Shown: positions 50,379 to 62,698 of the stretch, piece by piece
How positions within the stretch are numbered: position 1 is the first letter of the stretch
How the letters are laid out: each line of letters starts with the position of its first letter
Source: Stylophora pistillata
Lineage: Eukaryota
Length of the DNA stretch: 64,000 bases
Reading direction: 5' to 3'
NCBI RefSeq assembly: GCF_002571385.2
Contig: NW_019218142.1
Location: 30,458 to 94,457 of the forward strand
The notes under the pieces: model-generated
What the model saw: the letters and a program-made list of their open reading frames with translations, nothing else
The model's database searches: none
Told to the model about the DNA's origin: nothing
Made by a program: the position numbers and the translations under genes

Positions 50379-53300
50379 TCATACAACAAACTCATATGGG
50401 ATTGGCTCCAAAGTTTCTGGGGTGTTTCTCTTGGTTCGCACAAAGTGTGCAGTTCGAGGTACAGCTGGCTGTAACAGACAGAAAAGAAAATTTCAAGATC
50501 TATGTTGCTTAACTGTAAAAATTACTTCTATGCCTGTTATGGTTGAAAGTCACATTTCATCTAAATTCCATGCTCTTATAGAATATGATGGGATTTATAG
50601 TAGCTTAATGGCTGTTGGATTCTGTGTGGAAGGGGATGGCAAGGTCTTTGTATTGTATTCCTGGACAAAACGCTCTACTTCCATGGTTCCACTCTCCTCT
50701 CAGGAGGATAAATGGGTACCAGTGAATTGTCAGGGAAGCCTGATGAAATATTGTGGGTAACCTTGCAATGGACTAGCATCCCTCGCAGGGGGGGGGGGGA
50801 GTAGTAATACTTCTAGCCGCTTCATATTAGAAACTGGGATCAGCTCCAGCTGGACTTGGTTTGGGTAAAGACTTTACCTTCCCTTTTCCCCTAAGGATAT
50901 GCTCTTACAAATCTATGACATTGATGAAGCCAAGGTGATATCTTACCCAAGGATGCTAGAGAATTAGTGCTTAAACAACAGGTGTGAATCACAACAAGAT
51001 ATTGTATGTACATGTTCATTGCTAGTTCCAAATTACAATGCTCAAGTGCTTTGAATATTATGAACAGCTTTTGACCGTGCTTAGTGCTTAGTTAGCTCAT
51101 GCTGTAGAGCTCTAGATTGCACTGAGGGCAGTGCTTTCAATAAGACCTGGCACCCGCCGGAGCTCCGGCGGCTATTCTGTTGCGAGTCGCCGGGTATATT
51201 TCACCGCGCTCAAGTCGCAGTCAGCACGTTAAGTCGCAATCAAGTCGCTCTCAGGCGGGTGTTGTACCGAGGTAGCCACCTATTTCAAATCTTATTGAAA
51301 GCACTGGAGGGAAGTCAAGGGGTTCAAGTCCCAGACCAGAATTAACTTGAGGTCTTCAAACAACTCAGGAGAATGTGCTGCCTTCGCTGACATCGGCAAA
51401 TAGTTAGACATTACTCTAGTCTTCTCAGATAAGGAAAATAAACCTTAGGCCCTGCCTAAATCTTCTCTATACTGGTTAACAAGGGGACGATAAGAACACA
51501 CGCTCTTCTGGCAAAGAGTAAGGAATGTAGCTCCCAGTGTTATGGTCTGGCCTTGTCAGTGTTTACACAGGCCCCCATTTAAACCAGCTTTGAGCTGAAC
51601 TGGGCCAGGCTGTGTAAATATCATAAATACATCTGTGTAAATATCATAAATACATCTGTGTAAATATCATAAATACATCTGTGTAAATATCATAAATACA
51701 TCTGTGTAAATATCATAAATACAATTGTGTAAATATCATACATACATACATACATACATACAAAGCTCTGAGATGTGTAAAAAGGTAATTACTGTAACTG
51801 AGGTATACATGAAAAAATTACAGGATGGTTTTGAAATAAACCAAAGCAGTTCAATTTTGGGTTGTTTTTCTTGACCTAATTCTAGTATAAATATCACATA
51901 ATTCAAAGTTACCAAAAGCTTTCTACATTACCTTTCTTTTGCAATCAACCTTTCCCCCACCACTTTCTTTGGCCTCCTTCTTTTTCTGTTCATTTTCCTT
52001 TACACGCCTGAATAACATAACAGCCATTTTCAAAAATTACCTAGCTATAGAAATAGGGCCTGGTATTTCATTTTGATCCCAGTAAATTAGTATCAAAATA
52101 AGTGATTCATTAAGTCAGCAGGCTGTTCAGTCAGCCACGGGTTTCATTAAAATTTGGAGCAGGAAGGCATCTGGATTTCACAGGCGGGCATCTGTCTGCA
52201 AGGCCCAAAGGGCCTTGCCTTCTTGGGGGGTCGGGGGCATGCTCCCCCTGAAATTTTTGAAATTCTACAGTTGCAGAGATGCATTTTCCACAATTTTTAA
52301 GCAAAAACTCACATCCCAAAGTTATCAGCTCTTTTTAAATTATGATTTGATGCATCAGTCAACAGACAAATTAGATTTGCTTTTGCAACATTTGGTTGCA
52401 TGGTAATGTCACTAGAAGCTGTTTTAGTAACATTACGTATTTCATTATTTGCCAAGTTCTCAGAAGGCGTTGTTTCTGTGCAGCTATCATTTGCTGGGAT
52501 CTCAGATGACACGGTTTCTGTGCAAATATAGAGTGGAATATAAGTGTAAACGATTGTTAAGTTGTTCGTTTCAGAGGGTATATGATTTCAATTAAAGTAT
52601 AAAAAACGAAAAGGAGTTGGCGTTAGATTTCTTCTATTTTCTAATCTTACTAAGATGGATCTGCTAACAAACACACGGGGTTAAAAAGTTCTTTTCTTTA
52701 CAGTTGCCGTGAACAAAAGATTTCTGTTACTACACGAGTAGAGTTTTTGCATTCCACCACAGACACAGACGAAGGAAAGTTGGCAGCTTCTACAACAAAT
52801 TGACTTTCAGTTCCCGTCGCTCGCAGAAGATTCAAATTTCAAAAGTAAATCAGAAAAGAATGGGGCTTTCGGGACAATTTTCAATCACTATAGGAGCAGC
52901 ATGTCTCTCTGAATATAACTCAAACTTTAAATTAGTGTGAATCGGTTGTACCATTTGCGTAATGATACGTCTTGAAACTCGAGCCGGCGGGGAAGAAATT
53001 GGTCACGTGCTAGGCAACCAGTTGAAAGAGCTAGCCAACTAAGATAACAATCTTAGAGAAAATAAACTTCGTGTATTTGATATTTTGATAAAAAATGGAA
53101 GAACTAATTTATTCCAAGTACTGCTATTATTTTTATGTTTTGGCTTTACTGAAGACATTTACCGCGACAAACCATGAACCGGAGATTTCTGAATCCAATG
53201 TGCTAATTTATTTTAATTTACAGCATTGGTGTGAAGGGCAAATATATGCCTAGTCTCCCTCGCAGCCGTTTTTAGTCTTGTCACGCAACGATCCTCCCCA

Positions 53301-55534
53301 CTCATCAGGCAGATTTAAATCTACCTGATGAGTGCTTAACGCACGAAACTCAGAGTTGCAGCGAACCATGTGTGTTTCTTTCTAGTCACTTAATGTTTTT
53401 TAAGTTGAAATATATTTTGTTTAGAAGACACATTAGGAAAACATAGGAAAGTAACTTTGATATTTTTCTTATGGTTGAGATGTTAAAAGCAGCCGGGCAA
53501 TGTTGTCTTCACAGCCGGTCAATTTGCCCAGTGCCCGGCCCTTAATGAAACCCCTGGTCAGCTATTACAATCTCTAAAATATCGATTATTGTAATAAGTA
53601 TCCGTACAGTCCAGAGATTTTATTGTTACCTCAAGAAGTCATCACGACATTTGGAGTGCTTGATGTGTTCAACGCGAATGTTGACTCTCTTGGGCAAGAT
53701 TTTTCCTCTGGTGGAAGAGAGAAACAGTATATGAACAACAATTTGATCAAGTTTTAGATAAGCTCTGATCTCTCACAAATGCTTGTAAAACACTCATTAA
53801 TCTGAGAAATTGATCACTATACAAAAGTAAACTACAAAGCTTGAAATGGGAATTTTCGAGCTTTTTACCCTTACAGTGAAAACATTATTTTTTCTTAGTG
53901 TAAACTGTGACCAAAGTTATCAGTTATTCTCAGAGGACAATCACAAAGCTTCAATATGTTTAAGAGTAAATGATGCTTCACTTGAAATATCAAATAATAA
54001 CACCAGCCAAGCACAAGTACTGCAAACACAATTACTGCAAGCATAAGTACTGCAAGTGAACAACAAAATTTAAGGTTTCAAAAAATGAATTACGAAGAAT
54101 TTTTCAGGAAAAACACCATTTTGTGGCCTTGTGTCTGAAATGGAAAATAAATAGGGATGCATATAATTTCTTCATGAACTCTCACTTGACTTCAGTGTTA
54201 AAGTCAACTTACTTTACTTGCTTGTTGACGACCACTCCAACAGCACGCTTTGTGACATTGAAAACACGCCCTGTTTTTCCATGGTAGACCTTGTATGGCA
54301 TGCCTTTATGAATAGCACCATTAACCTGAATATAAATTAAAAAAAAAAACAGGTTTATTCATTCTTTACACCTAACATCAGTGTGCATATTCTCCATGCT
54401 GTTCTCTATACATTTCCTATAGTGCTGACAAGGAAAATTTGTTCACCAATCAAATGGTTCTTTAGTTGGTGATTATTTCCTTTATTCTTGTGACCCAAAT
54501 GTTTGATTCAGGGGTAACATTTAAGGAGACATAACATGACAGTCACTCTTTGGGATGAAGGGGTTAATAAGTTGGAAATTCTAAGACTATTCAAGTAAAA
54601 GATATGAATACAAAATACACCTTGCTGTACACAAGGTGCACCTGGCATTAATTTTTGTTATATCATACCTTGATGTCCACAATGTCACCAACTTTGTAGC
54701 TTTTTAGGTATGTGGAGAGATGAATGACACCTAAAAAAATAAAACAATGAACTTAAAAATTGTTCTTTAACAATTTATTTACATGTTGCCTGGATCCAAA
54801 AATTACCTTCCCATACGAGGGAAAACATCAATAAAAGCCTTTCATTTAAGGAAAGGTTTTCACTTCCTTGACGTGAGGATATAAGATACTGACAAAACAT
54901 CAGTGGCTGACAACAAACAATTTCTGCAAATGACTTATTCCTGACGGTATACTTACAAATATTTATTAATTCCAACAGACTTTCTAGGATATGACAACAC
55001 TATGGCCATATTCTACTATACAGAATTGAAAAACATTCCTCTCATTATCTAACAAAAATTCTACTCGAAGAAAAAAATATGCAAGGCAAGTCTGTACATC
55101 GACTGCCTAACTATTTATACAAATATAATTATGTCAGAACGTATGACACCGTTGATCTCTCGATCGACTTATCCAACTAAATACAATTTCGTGTATCGTT
55201 TATTTTTACAGTCATGGACGGTACTTTCACCCATGGAAACGAAGGCTACAGCTGTAACAAGCTGGCCATGGAGTACACTTCGAAGGAAACTTCTGTAACT
55301 TTATAAGTAAAATCTTCGTACAAAATGGAATTTGTCTATTACATTGAGTCGTACGGCTTCGAACACGACTCAAATATATCCTCAAGATAGTAAGTTGGTA
55401 AAATAAGACGATAAAGAATGGGAAATTCTTTAAAAATATGATGAACACTGCTTTCTTAAAAACTTACCACGTTTCCTAAAATCCCGCGAGAACATGTAAC
55501 GCGTACCGCGCCTAATACCAGTTGTATTTACCAT
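50379..55534 (-). CDS. RPL21: 60S ribosomal protein L21 (eL21), 6 coding exons, 161 aa
   Basis: Exons 55468-55534, 54669-54730, 54213-54325, 53630-53707, 51932-52007, 50379-50468 (486 nt). Reads [23 protein letters not shown]...[10 protein letters not shown]...[14 protein letters not shown]...[11 protein letters not shown]...[16 protein letters not shown] at 50364-50369. Confidence 0.97.
51129..51306. mobile_element. hAT-like MITE, 17-bp perfect TIR, 5-bp TSD, inserted into a tRNA-derived SINE
   Basis: GAGGG|CAGTGCTTTCAATAAGA...TCTTATTGAAAGCACTG|GAGGG. The flanks rejoin into A-box (tagctcatgctgtagagc) and B-box (ggttcaagtccc) halves. Confidence 0.85.
51610..51762. repeat. 23-bp minisatellite (~6 copies) ending in (CATA)n
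   Basis: Unit ctgtgtaaatatcataaatacat. Confidence 0.9.
52136..53556. mobile_element. 1.4-kb non-autonomous hAT-like DNA transposon in an RPL21 intron, 6-bp TSD
   Basis: GTCAGC|CACGGGTTTCATTAA...TTAATGAAACCCCTG|GTCAGC. Confidence 0.75.
53321..53361 (+). ncRNA. Minimal type I hammerhead ribozyme (Penelope type) with an intact catalytic core
   Basis: CTAC-CTGATGA-GTGC-TTAAC-GCAC-GAAA-CTC-A-GAG-TT-GCAG. A truncated inverted copy at 53299-53316 carries the fully pairing stem I variant CTGC. Confidence 0.72.
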
Positions 55535-55629
55535 TTTTACGGTCTTCTGTAATTTAAAGTTGTCATTGTTGAATATTAGCTGAAACTGAATGGTAAAAAC
55601 GTTCAAAATCTTGACATTATTTTACTTGC

Positions 55630-55685
55630 CTTCCAACCACGTGAACAAAGATGGTGGAAACCGAGCAAGAGAACGAAAGGGAAGC
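55630..55685 (-). promoter_or_regulatory. RPL21 non-coding first exon with TCT/5'TOP-type start
   Basis: Minus strand CTTCCCTTTCGTTCTCTTG at 55684-55666; donor AAG|GCAAGT at 55630/55629; acceptor TACAG just upstream of the ATG. Confidence 0.65.
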
Positions 55686-55959
55686 AGGAATCCCATAATG
55701 CAACCCTCGTGCTGCTCTCATCACCAGTCTCCCAGCAGTTCGATGAAACTTAGCCAAATTTTACACTCGTTTTTATTGGTTCTTACTTGGAGGACAGACA
55801 CAACGAAGTTACCATTAAATTATCATATAAACAAAATAGATTCCGTGTTGCTGTGGATCTGTTCAATACCATGGTCAAAGATGAAGTCAAAAAACTCACG
55901 GAAGATTTTGTTGTATCGACCCATGTTGCCCCCCGCTGTATATTGAAGATCATTGACCG

Positions 55960-57307
55960 TGATCAATACGGTCCTATCCCCAAATCCTCCACCCTGTTCG
56001 CTCTGACCTCGATGTTTCACCACTGGTCACAAGCTACAGACGGTACAGGTGCAACCGCTGAAGTCGTGTTATTTGACTATCGCAAGGCCATTGATCTCAT
56101 CGATCATAAGATACTTGTCGCTAAGATCATCGGTCTCGACATGCCGCACAGCATCAAAATCTGGGTGACTGATTTTTTGACGAATCGACACCAAAGCGTC
56201 AAGTTGTCCTCTGACTGCTTCTCTGAGTGGGGCCCAGTCCCCGCCGGAGTTCCTCATGGGACCAAGTTCGGCTCATGGCTTTTCTTGCTCATGATCAATG
56301 ATCTCAACGTTGTCGCTCCCACGTGGAAGTATGTTGACGATACGACAATCTCCCAAACCATACCCCGCGACTCCCTGGGTGACGTACATCACGCTGTTAC
56401 TGCTGTGGAGGAATGGTCTTGGTCTCAGTGGATGCAGCTCAATGCCGACAAGTGCAAGGAGATGATTATTGACTTCAAGTAGAACCCCCATAACTTCTCC
56501 CCTCTCGAGGTAGATGGTCACGAGTTTCCTGTCACCGATCGCGCAGATATTAGGTGTTACGATATCCAGTGACTTGAAATGGAACAATCATATTGTAGAT
56601 TGCATTAAGAAAGCAAATAAGCGCCTGTATTTTATTGTTCTCTTCAAAAAGGGCCAGTGTTCCCCTTACGGGACATTGTGAACTTCTATTGTACAACGAT
56701 TAGACCTATACTAGAATACTGCGCTCCAGTGTTCCATCATGCACTCCCGGCCTATCTTAATGAGGATATTGAAAGAATTCAGAAACGTGTGCTTTCCATA
56801 ATTTCGCCTGAAATGTCATATCGGGAATGCCTTGACAGTCTAGGCCTGCCAAATTTGTATGATAGACGCATAGAACTCTGTTGTCATTTGTTCAATTCCA
56901 TCGCTAACAATCCCGAACATAAGTTGTACCATCTTCTGCCATCAAAGAAAAAATCTCGTTATAATTTAAGGCATCAATAGACATATCATTTGCCACGTTC
57001 TCACACGGAACGTTTTCGACGCTCTTTCTTTTATGCTATGTCTCAGGGCGCGCTCAATAGCTCCTAAAGTTTCAAAGAAAGTCGACTTTAATTTTAGATA
57101 TTCATACATATTCTAGATCTATTATATTAGGTTTTTACATTTATATGATGGTATTTAGCTCTATATTTTAACCAATGTTATCTGTAAAATACGCAATTCA
57201 GTTTTACGACTGCAAAGTATTATTCAATAAACGATCTATCTATCAACGATCTATCTATCTCACGATCTATCTATCTCACGATCTCTCTATCTATCTATCT
57301 ATCTATC
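55960..57307 (+). mobile_element. 5'-truncated non-LTR retrotransposon (CR1/L2-group LINE) RT remnant
   Basis: LFDYRKAIDLIDH, GVPHG, WKYVDDTT, IRPILEYCAPVFH. Stop at 56480-56482 and frameshifts. 3' AATAAA followed by a (CTAT)n tail. Confidence 0.92.
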
Positions 57308-57621
57308 AAAAGTGGCAATGATTAAGGCGGAATGACTGCGTATGCTTAATACAGGTTCAGCCGGGACAAGGGTCAAACGCAATTAATATATAAAACGCAA
57401 TTTTATGCCATAATTGATAATTCGATATAAAGTATATAAAAATATTGATAAAAATACTTTGACTTTTCGTTAATAAACAGCGGCAACAAATTGGTTGAGT
57501 AGCGTAAAAACAGTACAATATAGCAAATTACTGTAAGCGTTATTATTGTTTAATAGTATGACTTACACGCGTGATGTTCGTGCGCAATATTTTTCCTAGT
57601 ATTCCAGAGGAGATATATAAT

Positions 57622-57712
57622 TAGCCTGAGAAAAGCAGCCGTCCTTTTGCTCCCTTCGTCTCCCCGCGAAAGAAACGAAGGGAGCGAAAGGACGGCTGCT
57701 TTTCTCAGGCTA
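57622..57712. mobile_element. 91-bp hairpin MITE with 9-bp direct flanks
   Basis: ATATATAAT|TAGCCTGAGAAAAGCAGCCGTCCTTT...AAAGGACGGCTGCTTTTCTCAGGCTA|ATATATAAT. Confidence 0.85.
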
Positions 57713-57976
57713 ATATATAATTTAAACTCAGCATCTTTTGTTGTTTATGATTTCCGTAATTTGCTTTAAATGAAGCGGTACGTTGACTTTGCTTATCGCC
57801 AAAGAAAGTTGACTCAACAATTCCACATGCAATGCGTTGAGAACATTTGAACTCAGAACACTGAATATCGATTACAGGAGGTAAACATGGAAAAAATGTT
57901 ATTCGAGTGGGTCCGCTTCAAGTGACCGTTCATTACAGGTGGAGACGAAACAAACAGACCTTTGGGACTCATGAAT

Positions 57977-58013
<37 letters not shown>

Positions 58014-58590
58014 TCGTTGGGGGTCTCAGTTAAGTATGACCACGACCGCTCGATAGAGGGTAAATTTTCATTGCTTCACGGGAAAAAAATTTCGGGACTT
58101 TGACAACCAAGTGTTTGGTATAGGTGACCGCTTAATACTGAGCTGCTAAGTACAGGTTCAACTGTACAAACCATAATGAATTTTACGCAATAGTATGAAA
58201 GGACGAGTTTAACAGCGGTTGAAAAGTAAACTCACACAAGAGAAAATTTCTAGGTTATCAGTTTATTCGGCATCTTCAAAAAAAGAAAAAAAAAGAAAAG
58301 AATGGAAAAAGTTTAAAGAATCATACATCACTAGCTGAAGTCAACCAACAAGTCTACCGATTACCCGTGTATGGCCCAAAGAGGAGATAAACAATTACAC
58401 CGATTGGCGCTATAAAACTTAGTTTGCTACCCATTCATGGGAAAAAATGAAGAGGCCCATATCCATCATTTAAAAACTAATACCAAAATCTTGACAGAAA
58501 AAAGAAATGCTGAAAGAAAGTAACTCTCCACAACCTCCAGTTCCCGAGGAGCTTTTGTTGCGCTATAGAGACAAACACAAAAAAAGAAAT

Positions 58591-59138
58591 TTAACGGCAA
58601 TCTCCATTAGCATAAGAATCAAGATGTTTAAGAGATGCATTAAGAACACGGCGGAATTCGTAGTCTTGCGGATTTAAATCCACCAGGCGTGCTACTCCTA
58701 AAGCAGATCAAAAGAGAACAAAAAATTAGATAAATTTCATGGTGGAAAAAGGCAGTTGCCTTGTGCGTGTCCGATTTTCAGACCGTTAAGTGACAACGAG
58801 CATTTTCTATTCCTACCCCCTCCCCCCCCTTCCAGGTTGGTTATTTCGGCTATTACAGTTTCTTCGAGCTTCGCTCTCGGAAAATTGTTCGCTTTCCGGA
58901 AAAGATAATGTCCGCATACAAATATCTGAGCATATTTTCGCGCCAAATAGAGGCCATTGTTTATTTGTTTTTGCGCCAAATGGAGGCTGGAGGATAAAAT
59001 TCTATAACTTACCACTGTGGAGGTCCTCCCCCTCTCTAATTTTGCGCATAGCGGCTTTCTTATTAGGATCGGCTTCAAACTCTTTATCCTGTAGGTCTCC
59101 TTTGTATTGGGCTTGGGCAAAACCGAACATGAGTTCGT
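58591..59138 (-). CDS. Second copy of the last two exons of the unknown gene (59013 to the gap at 59138; 58591-58697)
   Basis: Part of a direct duplication, 58254-59138 versus 59515-60383. Splice sites and stop are conserved. Last exon reads GVARLVDLNPQDYEFRRVLNASLKHLDSYANGDCR*. Confidence 0.6.
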
Positions 59139-59262
59139 NNNNNNNNNNNNNNNNNNNNNNNNNNNNNNNNNNNNNNNNNNNNNNNNNNNNNNNNNNNNNN
59201 NNNNNNNNNNNNNNNNNNNNNNNNNNNNNNNNNNNNNNNNNNNNNNNNNNNNNNNNNNNNNN

Positions 59263-59510
59263 ATTTATCACTTTCACGGGTTTATTACGAATCAACTTAA
59301 CGGCCTGCTCCCAGTTGGCTTGTTAGCTCAATTGGTAGAGCGCTGCACTAGTATCGCAGAGGTCAGTGGTTCGAATCCCGTATAGGCCAGATTTTTTTCA
59401 GGTCTGATTTTCGCTATTGCTTAAATAGCGCTATCTACTGCGAGGATCGTGCATCATACGTATCTAATACCGCAGTTCAAAATATATGAACTTCATATAT
59501 TTCATTGTAT
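59263..59510 (+). mobile_element. Single diverged copy of the 245-bp tRNA-containing element
   Basis: Same order of leader, tRNA-like module, T-run and caggtctgattttc...ccgcagttca as in the 8276-9840 array. Confidence 0.85.
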
Positions 59511-59836
59511 CTGAGTTATCAGTTTATTCGGCATATACGAAAAAAAAGAAAAGAATGGAAAAAAGAATCATACATCACAGCTGAAGTCAACTAACAAGTC
59601 TACCAATGACCCGTGTATGGCCCAAAGAGGAGATAAACAATTACACCGATTGGCGCTAGAGAACTTAGTATGCTACCTATTCAGGGAAAGAAAATTAAGA
59701 GTCCCATATCCATCATTTAAAAGCTAATACCAAAATCTTGACAGAAAAAAAAATGTTCAAAGAAAGTAACTCCCCACAACCTCCAGTTCTCAAGGAGCTT
59801 TTGTTGCGTTATAGAGACAAACACAAAAAAAGAAAT

Positions 59837-62698
59837 TTAACACAAATCTTCCTTGGCACAAAAATCAAGATGTTCGAGAGATGCATGAAGAACATGGTAG
59901 AATTCGCCGTCTTCAAGATTTAAATTCAACAGGCGTGCTGCTCCTAAAGCAGATCAAAAGAAAATAAAAAATTAGATAAATTTCATGGCGGAAAAAGGAT
60001 AAATTTCATTGCATGTCCGATTTTCAGACCGTTAAGTGACAACGAGCATTTTCTATTCCTCCCCCCTCCCCCCCTTCCAGGTTGGCTATTTCGGCTATTA
60101 CAGTTTCTTCGAGCTTCGCTCTCGGAAAATTGTTCGCTTTTCGGAATAGATAATGTCCGCATACAAATATCTGAGCACATTTTCGCGCCAAATAGAGGCC
60201 ATTGTTTATTTGTTTTCGCGCCAAATGGAGGCTGGAGGATAAAATTTTATAACTTACCACTGTGGAGGTCCTCCCCCTCTCTAATTTTGCGCATAGCGGC
60301 TTTCTTATTAGGATGGGCTTCAAACTCTTTATCCTGTAGGTCTCCTTTGTATTGGGCTTGGGCAAAACCGAACATGAGTTCGTTCACTGTAGGTTCGTCC
60401 AAACTATACGTGATAAATGATTAAAAGAAAATTTAAGTGACCGTTTTTTTTCTGAATAAATTAACCTTCGCGGAATTAAGCAAAGGGGATCAGGCATAAT
60501 CCAACTCTAACCGGCTTTCACAGGCTCACAAGGGGAACGGGAAAACAGTGGAGCGAACGGGGAATACGACATAAAAGGGAAGCCAATCTCCTCATGGATC
60601 CCACCCTGTGACGGATCCAGGGGGAGGGTCCGGGGGGGTCTGGATCCCCCCATCAGACCTGACGCTTACAACTTTGAGACAGGATCATACATCACTTTCT
60701 AACTGGCTGACTTTTTTAATGATTCCAAGTAAACGGTAAGAGGCCAAGGAATTATAACGTGCAACCGCGACTGGTGGGAGGGGGTGTGGGGGGGTGTGGG
60801 GGAGAAGTAATTTGCCTCAAAAGAGTCCAACAGTCATTTCTGAACCAAAGTTTGGACCCCCCAATCAAAAATTCCTGGATCCGCCTCTGCCACCGATTTT
60901 GTCTCGCCTGCTCATTATGTTGTCTCACATTCTAAAGTTAATGCTCACCTGGCAGATCTTGGATCTCGTTCCCTTTCTGGAAACTTCACCGAATCTGGTT
61001 TTATCAGGACTTGTACCACATTCTTTGTGTAGGCATCGACGGAACTTGGTTTGATTTTTGCTTCTTCTCTGGCTGCTGCCCATTTCAGTGTTTTTTCCAG
61101 CAACTTCATTCTGGCTGCTCTTGTTACCTCGGGTGGAGCAAAAGTCATTTGAGCATCAAGGCAAGTGAGCTCAGCTTCTATTATGGCCGTGACCTGAAAA
61201 TAAAGCAAGTTTCGAAGAAAAGTAGAGAAAACACAAAGTTCGACAAGAATATCTTCATTTTATAAAAAGCTTGAAAAGAATTTCAACCAAAAGCTCATTA
61301 TTTTGCGAAAACTGCGTGTGGATGAAGATTGCCCGCTTTTATGGCCTATTTTTTTTTTTCAATTACAAGTCTAAGTATACGTTGTTATAAATGGAATATA
61401 GATGTCAACTGATAGATAAGCACAGTAAAAATATAGGAACACGGGCACGTTACCTGCAACAGGTACAAAGATAATTTTAATGAGGAATGAAAACACTCGA
61501 TTAGTTAAGAAAAACAGCATAAATGAAGTCAAGATAGCAAACTGCAATGAATAAATTGAATGTAATCACTGCGAAAAACTAAAAACAAAAGGCACTGAAG
61601 CCAGTCAGTCAAAAATGACAAAAAAATTAACACTGGAGTAACCCCTTCAGAGGCACTTTAGGAGTGAGAGACTCTTGTATTGGTGTATCACGTGACAGAC
61701 TAGCTAAGGAGGCCTTATAAGTCAAAAAATACTTTCCATGGCTGAGGTCTCTTAGAGCTAACTCGTTCTAATCCCTAAAACATTTTGCTTCATCCCGTGT
61801 TGCAACTCATATCAGGTTGGATTTCGTATTCCTTTTTCTTGTTTTTGATTGAGCAGAACTATTGTCATTTTTGACTGACTGGCTTCAGTGCCTTTTCTGC
61901 AACTGCAACGTATCCTTTATTCATCAATTAATTTCTTGTCACAAGCACATTTCACCCATACCTTTGAGAAATAAAAGACAGTAATTATAAGTAACGTTTT
62001 CCATTTTTCATAATGCAGCTTTGAGCTTTATCATTCAAAAGCTTCACAAAAATCCTGAAAATTTGAATTTTGACGTGTAAGAAATACGTGGAAATTAAGG
62101 GCAGTATGAAAAAGGTGTTCTTTTGTGCAAGCCAACTCCGGGAAATCAAATTGATCGAGTATCAGTAACTTACCTTGTAACGAGCGTTGCTTCTGAATCT
62201 GCTCCTGGGCCTGAGTCTGCATTTCATGATCATGCATTTCCCAATCGCCATTTCCTTCATGATATTGTACTGCAGGGTAACCTCCATGGTAATTTCCACT
62301 CGGATGACTTCCGCTATGATGTCCTGCAGAATACCCTCCAGGTTGAGGCTTCCCAGAATGACCTCCGTGGTGATATCCCCCAGAATGACCTCTGTATCCA
62401 CGACCCCCTTGGTGGTGATCCTGTGGATGACTTCCGTGTCGACTTCCTGTGGTGTTAACGCCCTGCTTATGTCCCTTCGGATGACCTCCGTGTTGATGTC
62501 CCGTGGTACTAGCTCCGTACTGATGTCCTGCGGGACTACCCCCGTGTTGGTATCCCGCACGATGACCTCCGTCGCGATATCCCGCAAGATTGCCTCCGCT
62601 GTTATGTCCCTCAGGATGCCCTCCTTGGTGATATCCTTCGGGATCACCATTTCCAGGTTTGTGGTTGTGCAAGGGCACGTTCCCTCGGTTTCTGCTAT
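59837..62698 (-). CDS. Uncharacterised multi-exon gene; exons 62174-62698 (27-bp repeat exon), 60949-61193, 60258-60403, 59837-59943. First exon not identified.
   Basis: Each block is bounded by AG/GT. The last three exons splice in compatible phases (2, then 1) into one ORF: ...MTFAPPEVTRAARMKLLEK...SLDEPTVNELMFGFAQAQYKG...GAARLLNLNLEDGEFYHVLHASLEHLDFCAKEDLC*. Confidence 0.6.
61588..61896. repeat. 34-bp inverted repeat pair (MITE-like)
   Basis: aaaggcactgaagccagtcagtcaaaaatgacaa ... ttgtcatttttgactgactggcttcagtgccttt. Confidence 0.75.

Noticed and set aside
54781-54950. Possible H/ACA snoRNA in an RPL21 intron (minus strand ends ACATGT; a hairpin is possible)
   Set aside because: I could not establish both hairpins, an H box or an rRNA guide by eye. 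An Rfam/snoGPS scan is needed.
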